Source: Verrucomicrobiota bacterium | Lineage (GTDB): Bacteria > Verrucomicrobiota > Verrucomicrobiia > Opitutales > Opitutaceae | Assembly (NCBI GenBank): GCA_049322455.1 | Contig: JBMOQY010000038.1 | Coordinates: 768 to 64,767 of the forward strand | Direction: 5' to 3' | Length of the DNA: 64,000 bases | Made by a program: the position numbers and the translations under genes | Shown: positions 31,200 through 42,167 of the stretch, one piece after another | Numbering within the stretch: position 1 is the first letter of the stretch | Layout of the letters: the number at the start of each line of letters is the position of its first letter | Notes under the pieces: model-generated | Database searches by the model: none | What the model was told of the DNA's origin: nothing | What the model saw: the letters and a program-made list of their open reading frames with translations, nothing else

Positions 31200-31910
31200 T
31201 CAGCGTTGGAATTGGAACGCTGAGAATTCGGACTGTTGCGCGGAGGCCGGCGTGGCCTGCGGGCTGCGGAAGACCCGCTGCTCCTGGGTGGTAATCAGGC
31301 GGACCGGCTCGAACAGGTTGTCGTCGAACAGGGGTTGGACGCGGCCGATCCGCAGGCTCTCGTTGAGGGAGGCGCGCTCCTCATCCTGTTCGCGCAGCGC
31401 GGCCAGCATGGCGGCGTAGTCGGACGGCACGGTGACCATGGCGTTTTGCAGGGTCGCCAGGCTGGGCGCGGCTTCTTCGGCGGGCTCCGCGATGACGGAA
31501 GCACCCGGGGTCACGGCCGCGATTGCGGCCGGCTTCGCGGGCAGAGGCCGGACGGCCACCTCGGCGGGAGCCGCCGGCGGTGCGGCGATCCGGTTCATCA
31601 CGAAAACCATCGCAAGACAGGCGGCGGCGAAACCGGCGGCGTAGTAGGCCCATTGCATGCGCCGGCGGCGCGTTTCAAAAAGCTCGATGACACCGCTGCG
31701 GTTCGCCTGGGGCAAAGGCTGGTCGGCGGCGACGGCGCGGAAGCTTTCATACACCTGCTTCGTCGCCGTGTGAATCCGGCAATACTGGCGATAGACGGCC
31801 TGGCGCTTCGGGTTTCCCTGCAACTCGGCCTCCAGCTCGGCGGTTTCCGCGGCCGTGATCTGCCGGTCAATGTAGAGATTCAACAGTTCGATGAATCGGT
31901 TTTCTTTCAT
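31200..31910 (-). CDS. Putative anti-sigma factor (single-pass membrane protein)
   Basis: ATGA overlap with the upstream ECF sigma gene. N-terminal helical anti-sigma-like region, central TM WAYYAAGFAAACLAMVFVM. No strong family motif. Confidence 0.6.
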   Translation of the reverse strand: MKENRFIELLNLYIDRQITAAETAELEAELQGNPKRQAVYRQYCRIHTATKQVYESFRAVAADQPLPQANRSGVIELFETRRRRMQWAYYAAGFAAACLAMVFVMNRIAAPPAAPAEVAVRPLPAKPAAIAAVTPGASVIAEPAEEAAPSLATLQNAMVTVPSDYAAMLAALREQDEERASLNESLRIGRVQPLFDDNLFEPVRLITTQEQRVFRSPQATPASAQQSEFSAFQFQR

Positions 31911-32512
31911 GGCTGGAATTCCTCCCCAAGTTTTTCGCGCAGGCTTTCGCGGGCCCGGGCGATGCGGCTTTTGACCGTGCCCACGCTGATGCCGAGGATC
32001 TCGGCGATCTCCTCGTAGGCGAGGTTCTGGACGTTGCGCAGAATCAGGATTTCGCGGTGCTTCTCATTCAGGCTTTCCATGCACTCGGCCACCCGGCCGA
32101 CAAACTCCTGTGTGACCGTCGCGTTCTCGGGGGTCTCCTGTTCGGCAGGGATGAGTTCGGCGAGCGTCGTTTCGTTTTCATCACCCAACGGAGCGTCGAA
32201 GGACACGGACTTGTCGCGCTTGCGACGCCACCAATACCAGTAGCGGTTGCGCGCCAAGTTGGTGGCGATCTGGTAGAGCCAGGTCGAGAAAGCGGAATCG
32301 CCCCGGAAATTGGCCAGACCGCGGTGGGCACGGATGAAGGCGTCCTGGGTGACCTCCTCGGCGTCCTGCTGGTTGCGCAGGAGCTGGTTGGTCATCGCGT
32401 AGATGCGGTCCCAATAACGGCTTACCAACTGATCAAATGCCGTGCTGTCGCCGCCTTTGAAGCGGTCAACCAGCATGCGATCGAGGGCGACTTCCTGGGC
32501 CTTTGCAGTCAT
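31907..32512 (-). CDS. ECF-type RNA polymerase sigma-70 factor
   Basis: Region 2 (FDQLVSRYWDRIYAM...DAEEVTQDAFIRA) and region 4 HTH (LAYEEIAEILGISVGTVKSRIARAR). Start at internal ATG MTAKAQEV. Confidence 0.9.
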   Translation of the reverse strand: MTAKAQEVALDRMLVDRFKGGDSTAFDQLVSRYWDRIYAMTNQLLRNQQDAEEVTQDAFIRAHRGLANFRGDSAFSTWLYQIATNLARNRYWYWWRRKRDKSVSFDAPLGDENETTLAELIPAEQETPENATVTQEFVGRVAECMESLNEKHREILILRNVQNLAYEEIAEILGISVGTVKSRIARARESLREKLGEEFQP

Positions 32513-32698
32513 ATGCTCAGGCTCGTTCTGATCCGGAAATTTGAGGATTGTTCCCACGAAAGTCTTTGAGAAAACCGCAGCTTGCACCCGGATTGACGCC
32601 GTGGTCAATGCCGTGGTTGCGTGGCTTCGACCCGAGCTGCAATTAATTCTTGCCATGCCGCATCGGCGAAAAAATATCCTCCCTCCCTTGGCCGGAAC

Positions 32699-32773
32699 GG
32701 GTCGATAGCTCAATGGTAGAGCAGCGTCCTTTTAAGTCGTTGGTTCTGGGTTCGAGTCCCAGTCGACCCACCA
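32699..32773 (+). tRNA. tRNA-Lys (anticodon UUU), CCA encoded
   Basis: Hand-folded, 75 nt. Perfect acceptor stem GGGTCGA/TCGACCC, anticodon loop CTTTTAA, T-arm CTGGG-TTCGAGT-CCCAG. One U-U mismatch in the anticodon stem. Confidence 0.85.
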
Positions 32774-32828
32774 CCCCAGGCTTGACCGGGAGCCATCCCA
32801 ATCTGGGGTTGTAATTCGCCCCAGCCTG

Positions 32829-33548
32829 ATGGAGAGTCCGGGCACCAGTTTGCTTAGGGCAAAACACCCATTCCAGCGCTCCGTGTCCTCCGTCCAATCA
32901 CCCAAACGCATCGTCATCGTCGAAGACCACACCGCCATCCGCGAGATGCTCGCGGAGATACTGCGGGTGGATCCCGCCTACAAAATCGTGGGCGAAAGCG
33001 GCGAAGGCCAGCAGGCCTGTCAGCTCTGTCTCGACCTCAAGCCCGATCTGATCGTGCTTGATGCCCGTCTGCCCGGTCTCAGCGGCGTGGACATTCTCCG
33101 CCGGATCAGCAAGCAGCTTAAGTCCACGCGGGTCATGGTTTTCTCCGCCTACGAGAGCCCCGCCCTTGTCCGCGAGATGCTCGAAGCCGGGGCCCATGGT
33201 TTCGTTGAAAAGACAGCCGGCCTCGGTGAATTCAAAAAGGGCCTGGAAACCATCGCCAAAGGAGGCACCTATTTCGGCCCGGGCGTCGCCGCCCTCCTCC
33301 GCACCGTCGTAGCCAACAAGAATCCGAGTTCCGGCATCGAAACTCTCACGGATCGTGAACGCGAAATCCTCAAGCTGGTGGCCGAGAGTTACAGCACCAA
33401 GGAGATCGCCCAGAAACTGGGCATCAGCGTCAAGACCGTGGACAACCATCGCACCAATCTGATGCGCAAGCTCGACCTGCACGACGTCGCCAGCCTCACC
33501 CGTTATTCCCTGGAGATCGGCTTGATCGACCACCGGGCGCAGGCCTGA
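32829..33548 (+). CDS. NarL/FixJ (LuxR-type) two-component response regulator
   Basis: REC domain (RIVIVEDH..., LIVLDARLPGLSG) plus LuxR HTH (LTDREREILKLVAESYSTKEIAQKLGISVKTVDNHR). The N-terminal ~25 aa may not be translated. Confidence 0.9.
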   Translation: MESPGTSLLRAKHPFQRSVSSVQSPKRIVIVEDHTAIREMLAEILRVDPAYKIVGESGEGQQACQLCLDLKPDLIVLDARLPGLSGVDILRRISKQLKSTRVMVFSAYESPALVREMLEAGAHGFVEKTAGLGEFKKGLETIAKGGTYFGPGVAALLRTVVANKNPSSGIETLTDREREILKLVAESYSTKEIAQKLGISVKTVDNHRTNLMRKLDLHDVASLTRYSLEIGLIDHRAQA

Positions 33549-33631
33549 CCCGGCCCGTTGCCCCGCAACTGTTTAGTTCTTGCGCGTCAATGGGGTTTAC
33601 CCAATAACCACGGCACTCTTTCGACTTACAA

Positions 33632-34174
33632 ATGAAGCCTGTTTCCAAACTCCTCGGCCTCACGCTCGCCGTCGCTGCCCTGCTCCTCAGCGCCTGCGCA
33701 AAGAAACCCATCCGCGCTCCGCAGGATACCCAGCAGCTGGGTGGCCCGACGGTCAATCCCGAGGATCTGGCTGTCCCCGGCGAGAACATCAACCTCGAAT
33801 CCCGCGATCTTTCCCTCACGCCCGACGCCGCCAACCAGAGTGTCGTCGAGCCCATCTACTTCGCCTTCGACCGTTTCGCGGTCGCCCCCGCCGAGCGGCC
33901 GAAACTGCAGAACGCACTGAAATGGCTCCAGGACAACCCCGGCAAGAATCTCGTGCTCGTCGGCCATTGCGACTGGCGCGGCACGGCCGAATACAACCTC
34001 GGTCTTGGCGAGAACCGCGCCAATTCCGTGAAGCGCTACCTCGTCTCCCTCGGCGCCGATGCAACCCGACTCGAAACCCTTTCGAAGGGCTCGACCGAGG
34101 CCAAGCAGACCGGCGGCGAAGCCGAGTGGGCCAAGGACCGTCGCGTGGACTTCATCGAGCTGAAGAAGCAGTAA
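33632..34174 (+). CDS. pal: Peptidoglycan-associated lipoprotein (OmpA-family, Pal-like)
   Basis: Lipobox LLLSAC. OmpA_C motifs YFAFDRFAV..., GHCDWRGTAEYNLGLGENRANSV. Confidence 0.88.
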   Translation: MKPVSKLLGLTLAVAALLLSACAKKPIRAPQDTQQLGGPTVNPEDLAVPGENINLESRDLSLTPDAANQSVVEPIYFAFDRFAVAPAERPKLQNALKWLQDNPGKNLVLVGHCDWRGTAEYNLGLGENRANSVKRYLVSLGADATRLETLSKGSTEAKQTGGEAEWAKDRRVDFIELKKQ

Positions 34175-34198
34175 TCGCTCGCTCCCGTTTCAAGACTT

Positions 34199-34230
34199 GG
34201 GCCGCGGTTTTTCCCGCGGCCTTTTGTTTG
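34199..34230 (+). terminator. Rho-independent terminator after pal
   Basis: GGGCCGCGG-TTTTTC-CCGCGGCC followed by TTTTGTTTGG. Confidence 0.65.
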
Positions 34231-34353
34231 GCGAGATGGCAACAATACTTCCCGACTGCCCTGCCAGGCGCAGCGCGGAGGCCAGCATCCCGCCTCCGCA
34301 ATTGCGCCGCGGGATTCTGCGCTGCGCCCGGCATGGCGCTTCGCAAAAGCGCC

Positions 34354-35751
34354 CTACCCTTGCGCCAGAAGCTCGAGCGTGCGCTCGGACATCGCGATGC
34401 CCTTCTTCATCACGCCGAGATGAAAGCTCTCGTTGGGCGCGTGCAGGTTGTCCTCGGGCAGGAAGAGTCCGGGCATCACGGCGTCGATACCGAGCACTTC
34501 CTTGAGGTCGGCGATCAAGCCCACGCTCCCCCCTTCGCGCAGGAAAAGCGGCGGCCGGCCCCAGGTCTCGCTGACAGCCCTTTCCAAGGCGCGAAAGCCG
34601 CGCGCCAGCACGGGCGACTGGTCCTTGGGCGTGTTCGAGCGGTCCGGCGGGATCGCCACGTAGGGCGCGGCGTGATGCTGCTCGGTGATCGTCATTGTCA
34701 CGCCCTTGGGGCAGCGCGCACGGATGGCGTCGAAGATGACCCTCCTCATGCTCTCCGGAGTCTGGTGCGGCACGAGCCGGCAGGTGACCTTCGCCTTGGC
34801 CTTGCTCGGGATGACCGTCTTGGTCCCCTCCCCCTGGTAGCCGCCGCTGAATCCGTTGAACTCGAGCGTCGGCAGGAAACGGATCGCCTCGAACGGCGAG
34901 TAGCCGGGCGGGGTGTGGAATTCCCGGATGCCGAGGAACGCCGCGTAGTCCTTCTCCTTCAGGCCGAGCTTGGCGAGCTGCTCGCGCTCCCACGGTTCCG
35001 GCCCGGCGACCACGTCGTAGAAGCCGGGGATGTTCACGCGACCGTCCGGCGTGTGCAGCGAGGCGCACAGCTCGGCCAGTGCCTGCAGCGGATTCATCAG
35101 CACGCCGCCATGCAGGCCTGAGTGCAGATCGCAGCTCGGACCGGTCAGTTCCACCTCGAAGGCGAGCAGACCGCGCAGGCCGACCGTCACCACCATCTGA
35201 TCGGGATTGGGGATCGCCGTGTCGGAGAGGAACACGAAGTCGCCGCGCAGCTTCTCCTTGTTCGCCAGGAGGAAGGTCTTGAAGTTCTTGCTGCCAATCT
35301 CCTCCTCGCCCTCGACGACGAAGGTGAGCTGCAGCGGCAGGTTCGGGTTCTTCTCCAACAACCGGGCCACGGCCGCGAAATGCGCCATGAGCGGCCCCTT
35401 GTTGTCGGCCGTGCCGCGACCATACATGCGCTCGCCCTTGACCACGGGTTCGAACGGCGGCGTTTGCCATTTGTCGAGAGGGTCCGGCGGTTGCACGTCG
35501 TAGTGACCGTAGATGATGACATGCGGCCAGGCCGGGTTCGTGCCGCGCTTGGCGACGATCACCGGATGCAGTGCGGTCGGCACCGCCTCCACGGCGAAGC
35601 CCATGTCCTTGAGCAAACCGGACACGAACTGCTGCGCGCCGGCCATGCCGGCCTTGAACTGCGGGTCCGCCGAGACGCTGGCGTGCCGCACGTATTCCTT
35701 CAGTTTTTCGACGGGGTCAAACATGCCGCACGTTGAGGCAGCTTGTGTCAT
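34354..35751 (-). CDS. M20-family dipeptidase/metallopeptidase
   Basis: GHYDVQPPDP...W..PPFEP...GRGTADNKGP and the EGEEEIGS metal-site pattern. An ATG at 35724 is an alternative start. Confidence 0.88.
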   Translation of the reverse strand: MTQAASTCGMFDPVEKLKEYVRHASVSADPQFKAGMAGAQQFVSGLLKDMGFAVEAVPTALHPVIVAKRGTNPAWPHVIIYGHYDVQPPDPLDKWQTPPFEPVVKGERMYGRGTADNKGPLMAHFAAVARLLEKNPNLPLQLTFVVEGEEEIGSKNFKTFLLANKEKLRGDFVFLSDTAIPNPDQMVVTVGLRGLLAFEVELTGPSCDLHSGLHGGVLMNPLQALAELCASLHTPDGRVNIPGFYDVVAGPEPWEREQLAKLGLKEKDYAAFLGIREFHTPPGYSPFEAIRFLPTLEFNGFSGGYQGEGTKTVIPSKAKAKVTCRLVPHQTPESMRRVIFDAIRARCPKGVTMTITEQHHAAPYVAIPPDRSNTPKDQSPVLARGFRALERAVSETWGRPPLFLREGGSVGLIADLKEVLGIDAVMPGLFLPEDNLHAPNESFHLGVMKKGIAMSERTLELLAQG

Positions 35752-35817
35752 AGGGCTAGCCCGAAGTGCGGATGCCTGGCGCGGCGGTCTGCGGTCGCCG
35801 CGCCAGCCTTCGCCAGC

Positions 35818-36600
35818 TCAATACCGCTCCTTCGCCTTCTCGTAGAGCGGCAGCACCTCGGGCATCCAACGGCGCAGCTCGGCGATCCGCTCGGCGTGTG
35901 GCGGGTGCGTGGACAGCCACTTGATCGGCTGCTTCCCCTCCTTCTCCTTCGCCATCTTCAGCCAGAAAGACACCGCCGCCCTGGGGTCGTAGCCCGCCTT
36001 GGCCGCGTAACGGAGGCCGATGTAGTCGGCCTCGCTTTCGTTTCCACGCGAAAAGGCCAGGGTCGCGCCTGTGGCCCCGATGCCATAGGCTGCGCGCATC
36101 AGTTCGCCATGCCGGCTGTCTTGCGACGCCGCCTCGACGCCTGCACCGATCAGTCCGGCGACGAAACCTTGCGACATGCGTTCGGCGCCGTGCCGGGCGG
36201 TGACATGGGCGATCTCATGCCCCATCACGATCGCGACCTCGTCGTCGGATTCGGCCAGGTTCAGCAGACCCGTATAGACGCCGACCTTGCCTCCCGGCAG
36301 GGCGAAGGCGTTCACCGTCTTGGGATCGTCGAAGACGACGAACTCCCACTTGGCCCCCGGCAGAGCGTTCCCCACTGCCTCGGCAATGCGCTGGCCGATC
36401 CGCTTCACCCGGCCAGTGGCCACGACGTCAGTGGAGACCTTTTCCCTGGCCTTGATGTCGGTGAAGGCCGCCGCGCCCATCTGCAGCTCCTCATTGGGCG
36501 GGACGAGGATCAGCGACGAACGCCCGGTCTCCGGCACCGTGTAGCAGCCGGCCAGCGCGAGCAGCGCGAGGGCCGGCATCCAGATAAAAGGCCTCTTCAT
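35818..36600 (-). CDS. M48-family zinc metallopeptidase lipoprotein
   Basis: Signal/lipobox MKRPFIWMPALALLALAGCY and HEIAH zinc motif (VMGHEIAHVTARH). Start at internal ATG. Confidence 0.88.
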   Translation of the reverse strand: MKRPFIWMPALALLALAGCYTVPETGRSSLILVPPNEELQMGAAAFTDIKAREKVSTDVVATGRVKRIGQRIAEAVGNALPGAKWEFVVFDDPKTVNAFALPGGKVGVYTGLLNLAESDDEVAIVMGHEIAHVTARHGAERMSQGFVAGLIGAGVEAASQDSRHGELMRAAYGIGATGATLAFSRGNESEADYIGLRYAAKAGYDPRAAVSFWLKMAKEKEGKQPIKWLSTHPPHAERIAELRRWMPEVLPLYEKAKERY

Positions 36601-36717
36601 GGTCGGAAAATTAGCCAGCCGAGCCCTCCCCGCCAAGCGGAAGTTTCGGCGCGGCGGTCGGCGGCCGCCGCCGACCCCAGCGGCGCGCTGAGAGCGCCGC
36701 GCCAACGGACAACCTCC

Positions 36718-38265
<1,548 letters not shown>

Positions 38266-38484
38266 AAAGGCAGCCTTTGTGCGCGCCGCGCAAACCCCCG
38301 GCAAGCCGAAAGCCCGGCACCGCCCCTTCCCGGTGCGCCATTCTGTGCCCGGCGAAGAATCGGCGCGCATGAGCATGGCGTCCACAAGCGCTCGATTCGC
38401 TTTGTTGAGTATGACAGGTTGGGAGGGCTGCCGGTCTTGGGATTCTTTCGTGCCTTTCCTGCGTTTCGTGGTTACCAGCTGTCC

Positions 38485-38868
38485 ATGCCTGATTCCCTCG
38501 AACTTCCCGGTCTGACGGTCCAGCTGGACAACCTCGTGTATCGCCACGGCGGGGAGCAGTTGCCGGCCGACAAGCCGCACGCATTCATCTACTTTCTGAC
38601 CATCCGCAACGGCTCCGATCGCACGGTCACCCTGCTGGGCCGCAAATGGGTGATCGAACACGCCGACGGCACGCGACTGGTCGTCGAGGGCGACAAGATC
38701 GTCGGCAAGACCCCCACCCTCGCCCCCGGCGCGCACTTTTCCTACAACAGCTATCACGTCGGCCATTGCGACGCGCGGGCGCACGGCAGCTTCCACGGCC
38801 TCGACGAAGACGGCCGCCGAATTTTCGTCCGCATCCCGGTCTTCGACATGATCATTCCGCGCGATTAG
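38485..38868 (+). CDS. apaG: ApaG (DUF525) protein
   Basis: 127 aa from the internal [32 protein letters not shown]...GKTPTLAPG...Y.S matches the ApaG beta-sandwich pattern. Confidence 0.85.
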   Translation: MPDSLELPGLTVQLDNLVYRHGGEQLPADKPHAFIYFLTIRNGSDRTVTLLGRKWVIEHADGTRLVVEGDKIVGKTPTLAPGAHFSYNSYHVGHCDARAHGSFHGLDEDGRRIFVRIPVFDMIIPRD

Positions 38869-38913
38869 CAGTCTTCTTGCGCGAGACCAAATGACTCGAC
38901 CAGGCTTTGACAC

Positions 38914-39102
38914 TCAGTGATCGCGTGCCGTCGTGTCGATGTGGAAGAGCGCGTAGAGGGGGCAGAAGCCGGCAAGCGCCGTGAGGAAGGGCAATAGGCC
39001 GACGAGCCCCCACCAGGTCTCGCGGTGAATGCCCCACAGTCCGATCAGGCATCCGCTGACGAACCGCACCCCGCTGTCGAGCGATCCGATGTTGGTTTTC
39101 AT
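38914..39102 (-). CDS. DUF2892/YgaP-like small membrane protein
   Basis: 62 aa. R.V.G..IG two-TM pattern ending in the GFCPLYALF motif typical of DUF2892. Confidence 0.7.
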   Translation of the reverse strand: MKTNIGSLDSGVRFVSGCLIGLWGIHRETWWGLVGLLPFLTALAGFCPLYALFHIDTTARDH

Positions 39103-39190
39103 GGCGATTCCTTTGTTGTCGCCCAGAGCTTATGCGGCGGGAACCGGGCCGGCTCCGCATATTTTGGCGAAGAGGGGCCGGTTCCGGCTC

Positions 39191-39715
39191 CTATTTCCGG
39201 GCGGCGTGCGCCTTGGCGACCTCGACGTATTTCTCGGCCCAGGCGCGGAGCCCCAACAGCTCGGGCTCCCTGAGCGGACGCACCACCTTGGCGGGCGCGC
39301 CGAGGACCATCGAGCCGGGTGGAGCGACAAAACGCTGCGTGACGAGCGCGTTGGCACCCACGATGCAATGGTCGCCGATGACGGCGCCGTCGAGGATGGT
39401 GGCCCCCATGCCGATCAGGCACTCGTCCCCGATGGTGCAGGCGTGGATGATGGCACTGTGGCCGATGGTCGTGTAACGGCCGATCTTCACGCCGTAGTCG
39501 TCGGCCAGGTGCACCATGCTCAGATCCTGGATGTTCGTGCCCTCGCCAATTTCGATGGAGTTGATGTCGCCCCGCAGCACGCAGCCATACCACACGCTGC
39601 TCAGCAGTCCCAGCTTCACGTCGCCAAGCACGGTGGCGTTGGGGGCCACGAACGCCGCCGGCCGGATATCCGGGGTTTTCGTCAGGTGTTGGGCGAGCCT
39701 TTGCTTGATGTCCAT
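39191..39715 (-). CDS. Gamma-carbonic-anhydrase-family hexapeptide-repeat protein (YrdA/PaaY-like)
   Basis: Left-handed beta-helix repeats. VWYGCVLRGD...IGEGTNIQD..VH, IGHSAIIHAC.IGD..LIGMGA. Confidence 0.88.
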   Translation of the reverse strand: MDIKQRLAQHLTKTPDIRPAAFVAPNATVLGDVKLGLLSSVWYGCVLRGDINSIEIGEGTNIQDLSMVHLADDYGVKIGRYTTIGHSAIIHACTIGDECLIGMGATILDGAVIGDHCIVGANALVTQRFVAPPGSMVLGAPAKVVRPLREPELLGLRAWAEKYVEVAKAHAARK

Positions 39716-39724
39716 GCCCGGAGG

Positions 39725-39874
39725 CTAGGACTTGTCCGCTGGAGGGCAACTCCCGCCTGCGCGTCCCGGACTGCCGCCGGCCAGCCAGACGACAAGGACG
39801 ACGGCGCAACCGGCGGCCACCGCCATCGCGGCGAGCAACCCTGCGAGCAGAAGGATCAGGTCGAGTTTGCCCAT
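39725..39874 (-). CDS. Hypothetical 49-aa hydrophobic peptide (weak call)
   Basis: Own translation: MGKLDLILLLAGLLAAMAVAAGCAVVLVVWLAGGSPGRAGGSCPPADKS. Ends 9 nt upstream of the gamma-CA-like gene. Below the track size cut-off. No family recognised. Confidence 0.25.
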   Translation of the reverse strand: MGKLDLILLLAGLLAAMAVAAGCAVVLVVWLAGGSPGRAGGSCPPADKS

Positions 39875-39983
39875 GAAGAATCTGCCCGCTGAGACGCCGC
39901 AGCCCGAATAAGGTTTCCTGCCGGGAAAAGAATCTCGCGCCCGGTCCAGGGACTGTTAGCAATTCCGGCAACTCGCCCCTCGC

Positions 39984-41315
39984 ATGGAGCAACTCACCCA
40001 CGTTTTACGCGGCGTTGTCGGATATGCCGCCCTGCTCGGTCTCGCCGTCGCCCTCAGTTACAACCGCAAGGCCATCCCGTGGCGCATCGTCGCCGCCGGG
40101 ATCCTGCTCCAGCTTGTTTTCGCCACCTGCGTGCTGTTCGTCGGCCCGATCCGCGACGCCGTGGAATGGGTCGGCGGCATCTTCGTGAGCCTTATGGGCT
40201 TCACCGGCGAGGGCGTGCGCTTCGTCTTCGGCTCGCTGGCCGACCAGGACAAGCACGGGGTGGTCTTCGCCATCGGCATCCTCCCTTCCATCATTTTCTT
40301 TTCCGCCTTCACCTCGTTGCTCTACTATCTCGGCATCCTGCAGAAGGTGGTCTATGCCTACGCCTGGGTCATCTCGAAGGTCATGCCGCTGTCCGGCGCC
40401 GAGACCCTGAGCGCCTCCGCCAACATCTTCCTGGGCCAGACCGAGGCGCCCTTCCTCATCAAGCCTTATCTGCCGGCGATGACCCGCTCGGAGATCTTCA
40501 CGGTCATGGTGGGTGGCATGGCCACGATCGCCGGCGCCGTGATGATCGCCTACATCAGCTTCCTCGGCGGCAGCAGCGTGGAGCAGCAGGTCCTCTTCGC
40601 CACGCACCTCATCACCGCCTCGGTGATCAACGCCCCGGCCGGCCTCATGGTCTCCAAAATCATCCTGCCCCAGACCGAGGCCGTGAACACCAACCTGGAG
40701 GTCTCGAAGGAGAAGATCGGCTCCAACCTCGTGGACGCCGTCTGCCTCGGCACCACCGACGGCCTCAAGCTCGCCGCCAACGTCGGCGCCATGCTCATCG
40801 CCTTCACCGCGCTCGTGGCGCTTTTCAACGCCCTCTTCGGCTGGGTCGGCGCCCCGCACACCCTGACGATCGCCGGCCACGAACTGTTCGCCTACCCCGG
40901 TTTCAACGGCTGGATCGAGCAGGTCACGGGCGGCACCTTCAAGTCGTTCTCCCTGGAGTTCGTGCTCGGCCTGCTCTACGCCCCGGTCGCCTGGCTCATC
41001 GGCATCGACTACGGCCACCTCCTGCAATCCGGCCAGCTTCTCGGCACCCGCACCGTGCTCAACGAATTCGTGTCCTTTCTCCAGCTCGGCACCATGAAGG
41101 CCGGCGGCGCGTTCACCGACCAGCGCACGATCATCATCCTCACCTACGCGATGTGCGGTTTCGCCAACATCGTCTCCATCGGCATCCAGATCGGCGGCAT
41201 CGGCACGCTCGCCCCCAACCAGCGTGAAAACCTCGCCGCGCTCGGCGTGAAGGCCGTCTTCGGCGGCACCATCGCCTGCTACCTCTCTGCCTGTGTCGCG
41301 GGCATGATGATCTGA
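39984..41315 (+). CDS. nupC: Concentrative nucleoside transporter (NupC/CNT family)
   Basis: 443 aa, polytopic. CNT-typical segments GEGVRFVFG, SANIFLGQTEAP, MVGGMATIAG, ILTYAMCGFANI. Confidence 0.9.
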   Translation: MEQLTHVLRGVVGYAALLGLAVALSYNRKAIPWRIVAAGILLQLVFATCVLFVGPIRDAVEWVGGIFVSLMGFTGEGVRFVFGSLADQDKHGVVFAIGILPSIIFFSAFTSLLYYLGILQKVVYAYAWVISKVMPLSGAETLSASANIFLGQTEAPFLIKPYLPAMTRSEIFTVMVGGMATIAGAVMIAYISFLGGSSVEQQVLFATHLITASVINAPAGLMVSKIILPQTEAVNTNLEVSKEKIGSNLVDAVCLGTTDGLKLAANVGAMLIAFTALVALFNALFGWVGAPHTLTIAGHELFAYPGFNGWIEQVTGGTFKSFSLEFVLGLLYAPVAWLIGIDYGHLLQSGQLLGTRTVLNEFVSFLQLGTMKAGGAFTDQRTIIILTYAMCGFANIVSIGIQIGGIGTLAPNQRENLAALGVKAVFGGTIACYLSACVAGMMI

Positions 41316-41359
41316 CCTCGGCGCCCCGCCACCCGGTTTGCTGAAGGCAGCCTGCCTGT

Positions 41360-42151
41360 TCAGCGCTGCGCCCGTTCCTCCAGCCGGTCCAGCAGTCGCA
41401 ACAGGCCGTCGAGGATCGTGAGCGGGTGCGGCGGGCAACCCGGGATGAAGAGGTCCACCGGCACGACCGCAGCCGCGCCGGCAAGGTGCTCAGGATTGCC
41501 CACGAAGGGGCCGCCCGCAATCGCGCAGGCGCCGACCGCGACGACGATCTTCGGCTCCGGCACCGCCTCCCAGGTCTTGCGCAGCGCCAGCTCCATGTTG
41601 CGGCTGACGGGACCGGTGATGAGCAGGCCGTCGGCATGGCGCGGCGACGCCACGAACTGGATGCCGAAGCGTCCGAGGTCCCAGCCGATGGTGCCGAGCA
41701 CGTTGGTGTCGGCTTCACAGGCGTTGCAGCCGCCGGCGCTGACCTGCCGCAGGCGGAGCGACCGGCCGAACATCCGCCGCAATTTTTCATCCAGCGCCGC
41801 GGCAAGGCGGACCTCCCCTCCTGCCCCGCCCAACATAAGGTCCTCGCGCCGGCGCACCGCCATGCGGTGGTCGCCTGTCTGGGTGATAGCCTTCGTCGGA
41901 CAGGCCGCCACGCATTCCGCGCAGAAGATGCAACGCCCGAGATCGAGCGCCACCGGTGCCCCACCAGAACGCGTTATCGCCTGCGTCGGGCACACCGGCA
42001 CGCAGGCGTTGCAACCGTCGGCGCACTTCGCCGCCTCCACCCGCAACGCGCCCCCGTGCCGGTCGGGCAGCGCCGGCGCCGGACCCTGCGGATAGGCCAT
42101 CGTTTCGCAGCCGCGCTTGAGCCGGTTTGTGAGGATGTCAGGGACGAGCAT
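41360..42151 (-). CDS. Fused HycF-like 2x[4Fe-4S] ferredoxin domain + HycG/NuoB-like small subunit
   Basis: N-terminal part: CADGCNACVPVCP and CIFCAECVAACP. C-terminal part: NuoB/HycG cluster ligands GGCNACE, VGACAIAGG, IPGCPP. Confidence 0.85.
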   Translation of the reverse strand: MLVPDILTNRLKRGCETMAYPQGPAPALPDRHGGALRVEAAKCADGCNACVPVCPTQAITRSGGAPVALDLGRCIFCAECVAACPTKAITQTGDHRMAVRRREDLMLGGAGGEVRLAAALDEKLRRMFGRSLRLRQVSAGGCNACEADTNVLGTIGWDLGRFGIQFVASPRHADGLLITGPVSRNMELALRKTWEAVPEPKIVVAVGACAIAGGPFVGNPEHLAGAAAVVPVDLFIPGCPPHPLTILDGLLRLLDRLEERAQR

Positions 42152-42167
42152 GGCGGTTGGGGCGGCG

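Noticed and set aside
36656-36676. GC hairpin GGTCGGCGG-CCG-CCGCCGACC, with a neighbouring GCGGCGC...GCGCCGC stem, between purH and the M48 peptidase gene.
   Set aside because: No U-tract on the transcribed (minus) strand and a 3-nt loop. This is indistinguishable from fortuitous GC palindromes in a high-GC genome. Not called as a terminator or operator.
38266-38484. ZTP (pfl) riboswitch upstream of purH.
   Set aside because: The minus-strand leader forms nested GC stems (for example GCCGGGCAC...GTGCCGGGC, GCACCG...CGGTGC) and contains an ATGGCGCACCGGGAAGG stretch. I could not find the conserved 3' CCGCCUGGGC element or the GGGUCGUGACUGGCG-type 5' element as I remember them. A covariance-model scan would settle this.
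39352-39367. Sigma-54 promoter-like TGGCAC-N5-ATGCA on the plus strand.
   Set aside because: It lies inside the gamma-CA-like coding sequence, about 600 nt from the nearest plus-strand gene, and deviates from the TTGCW consensus. A single hit of this quality is expected by chance. Other TGGCAC occurrences (for example near 24270 and 22355) have wrong spacing.
39191-39715. Gamma-carbonic-anhydrase-like gene as part of the SulP/Hyf-like system.
   Set aside because: It is separated from the operon end (41360) by the opposite-strand, convergent nupC gene and has its own small upstream ORF. Proximity alone is not evidence. In addition, many gamma-CA-family proteins are not carbonic anhydrases.
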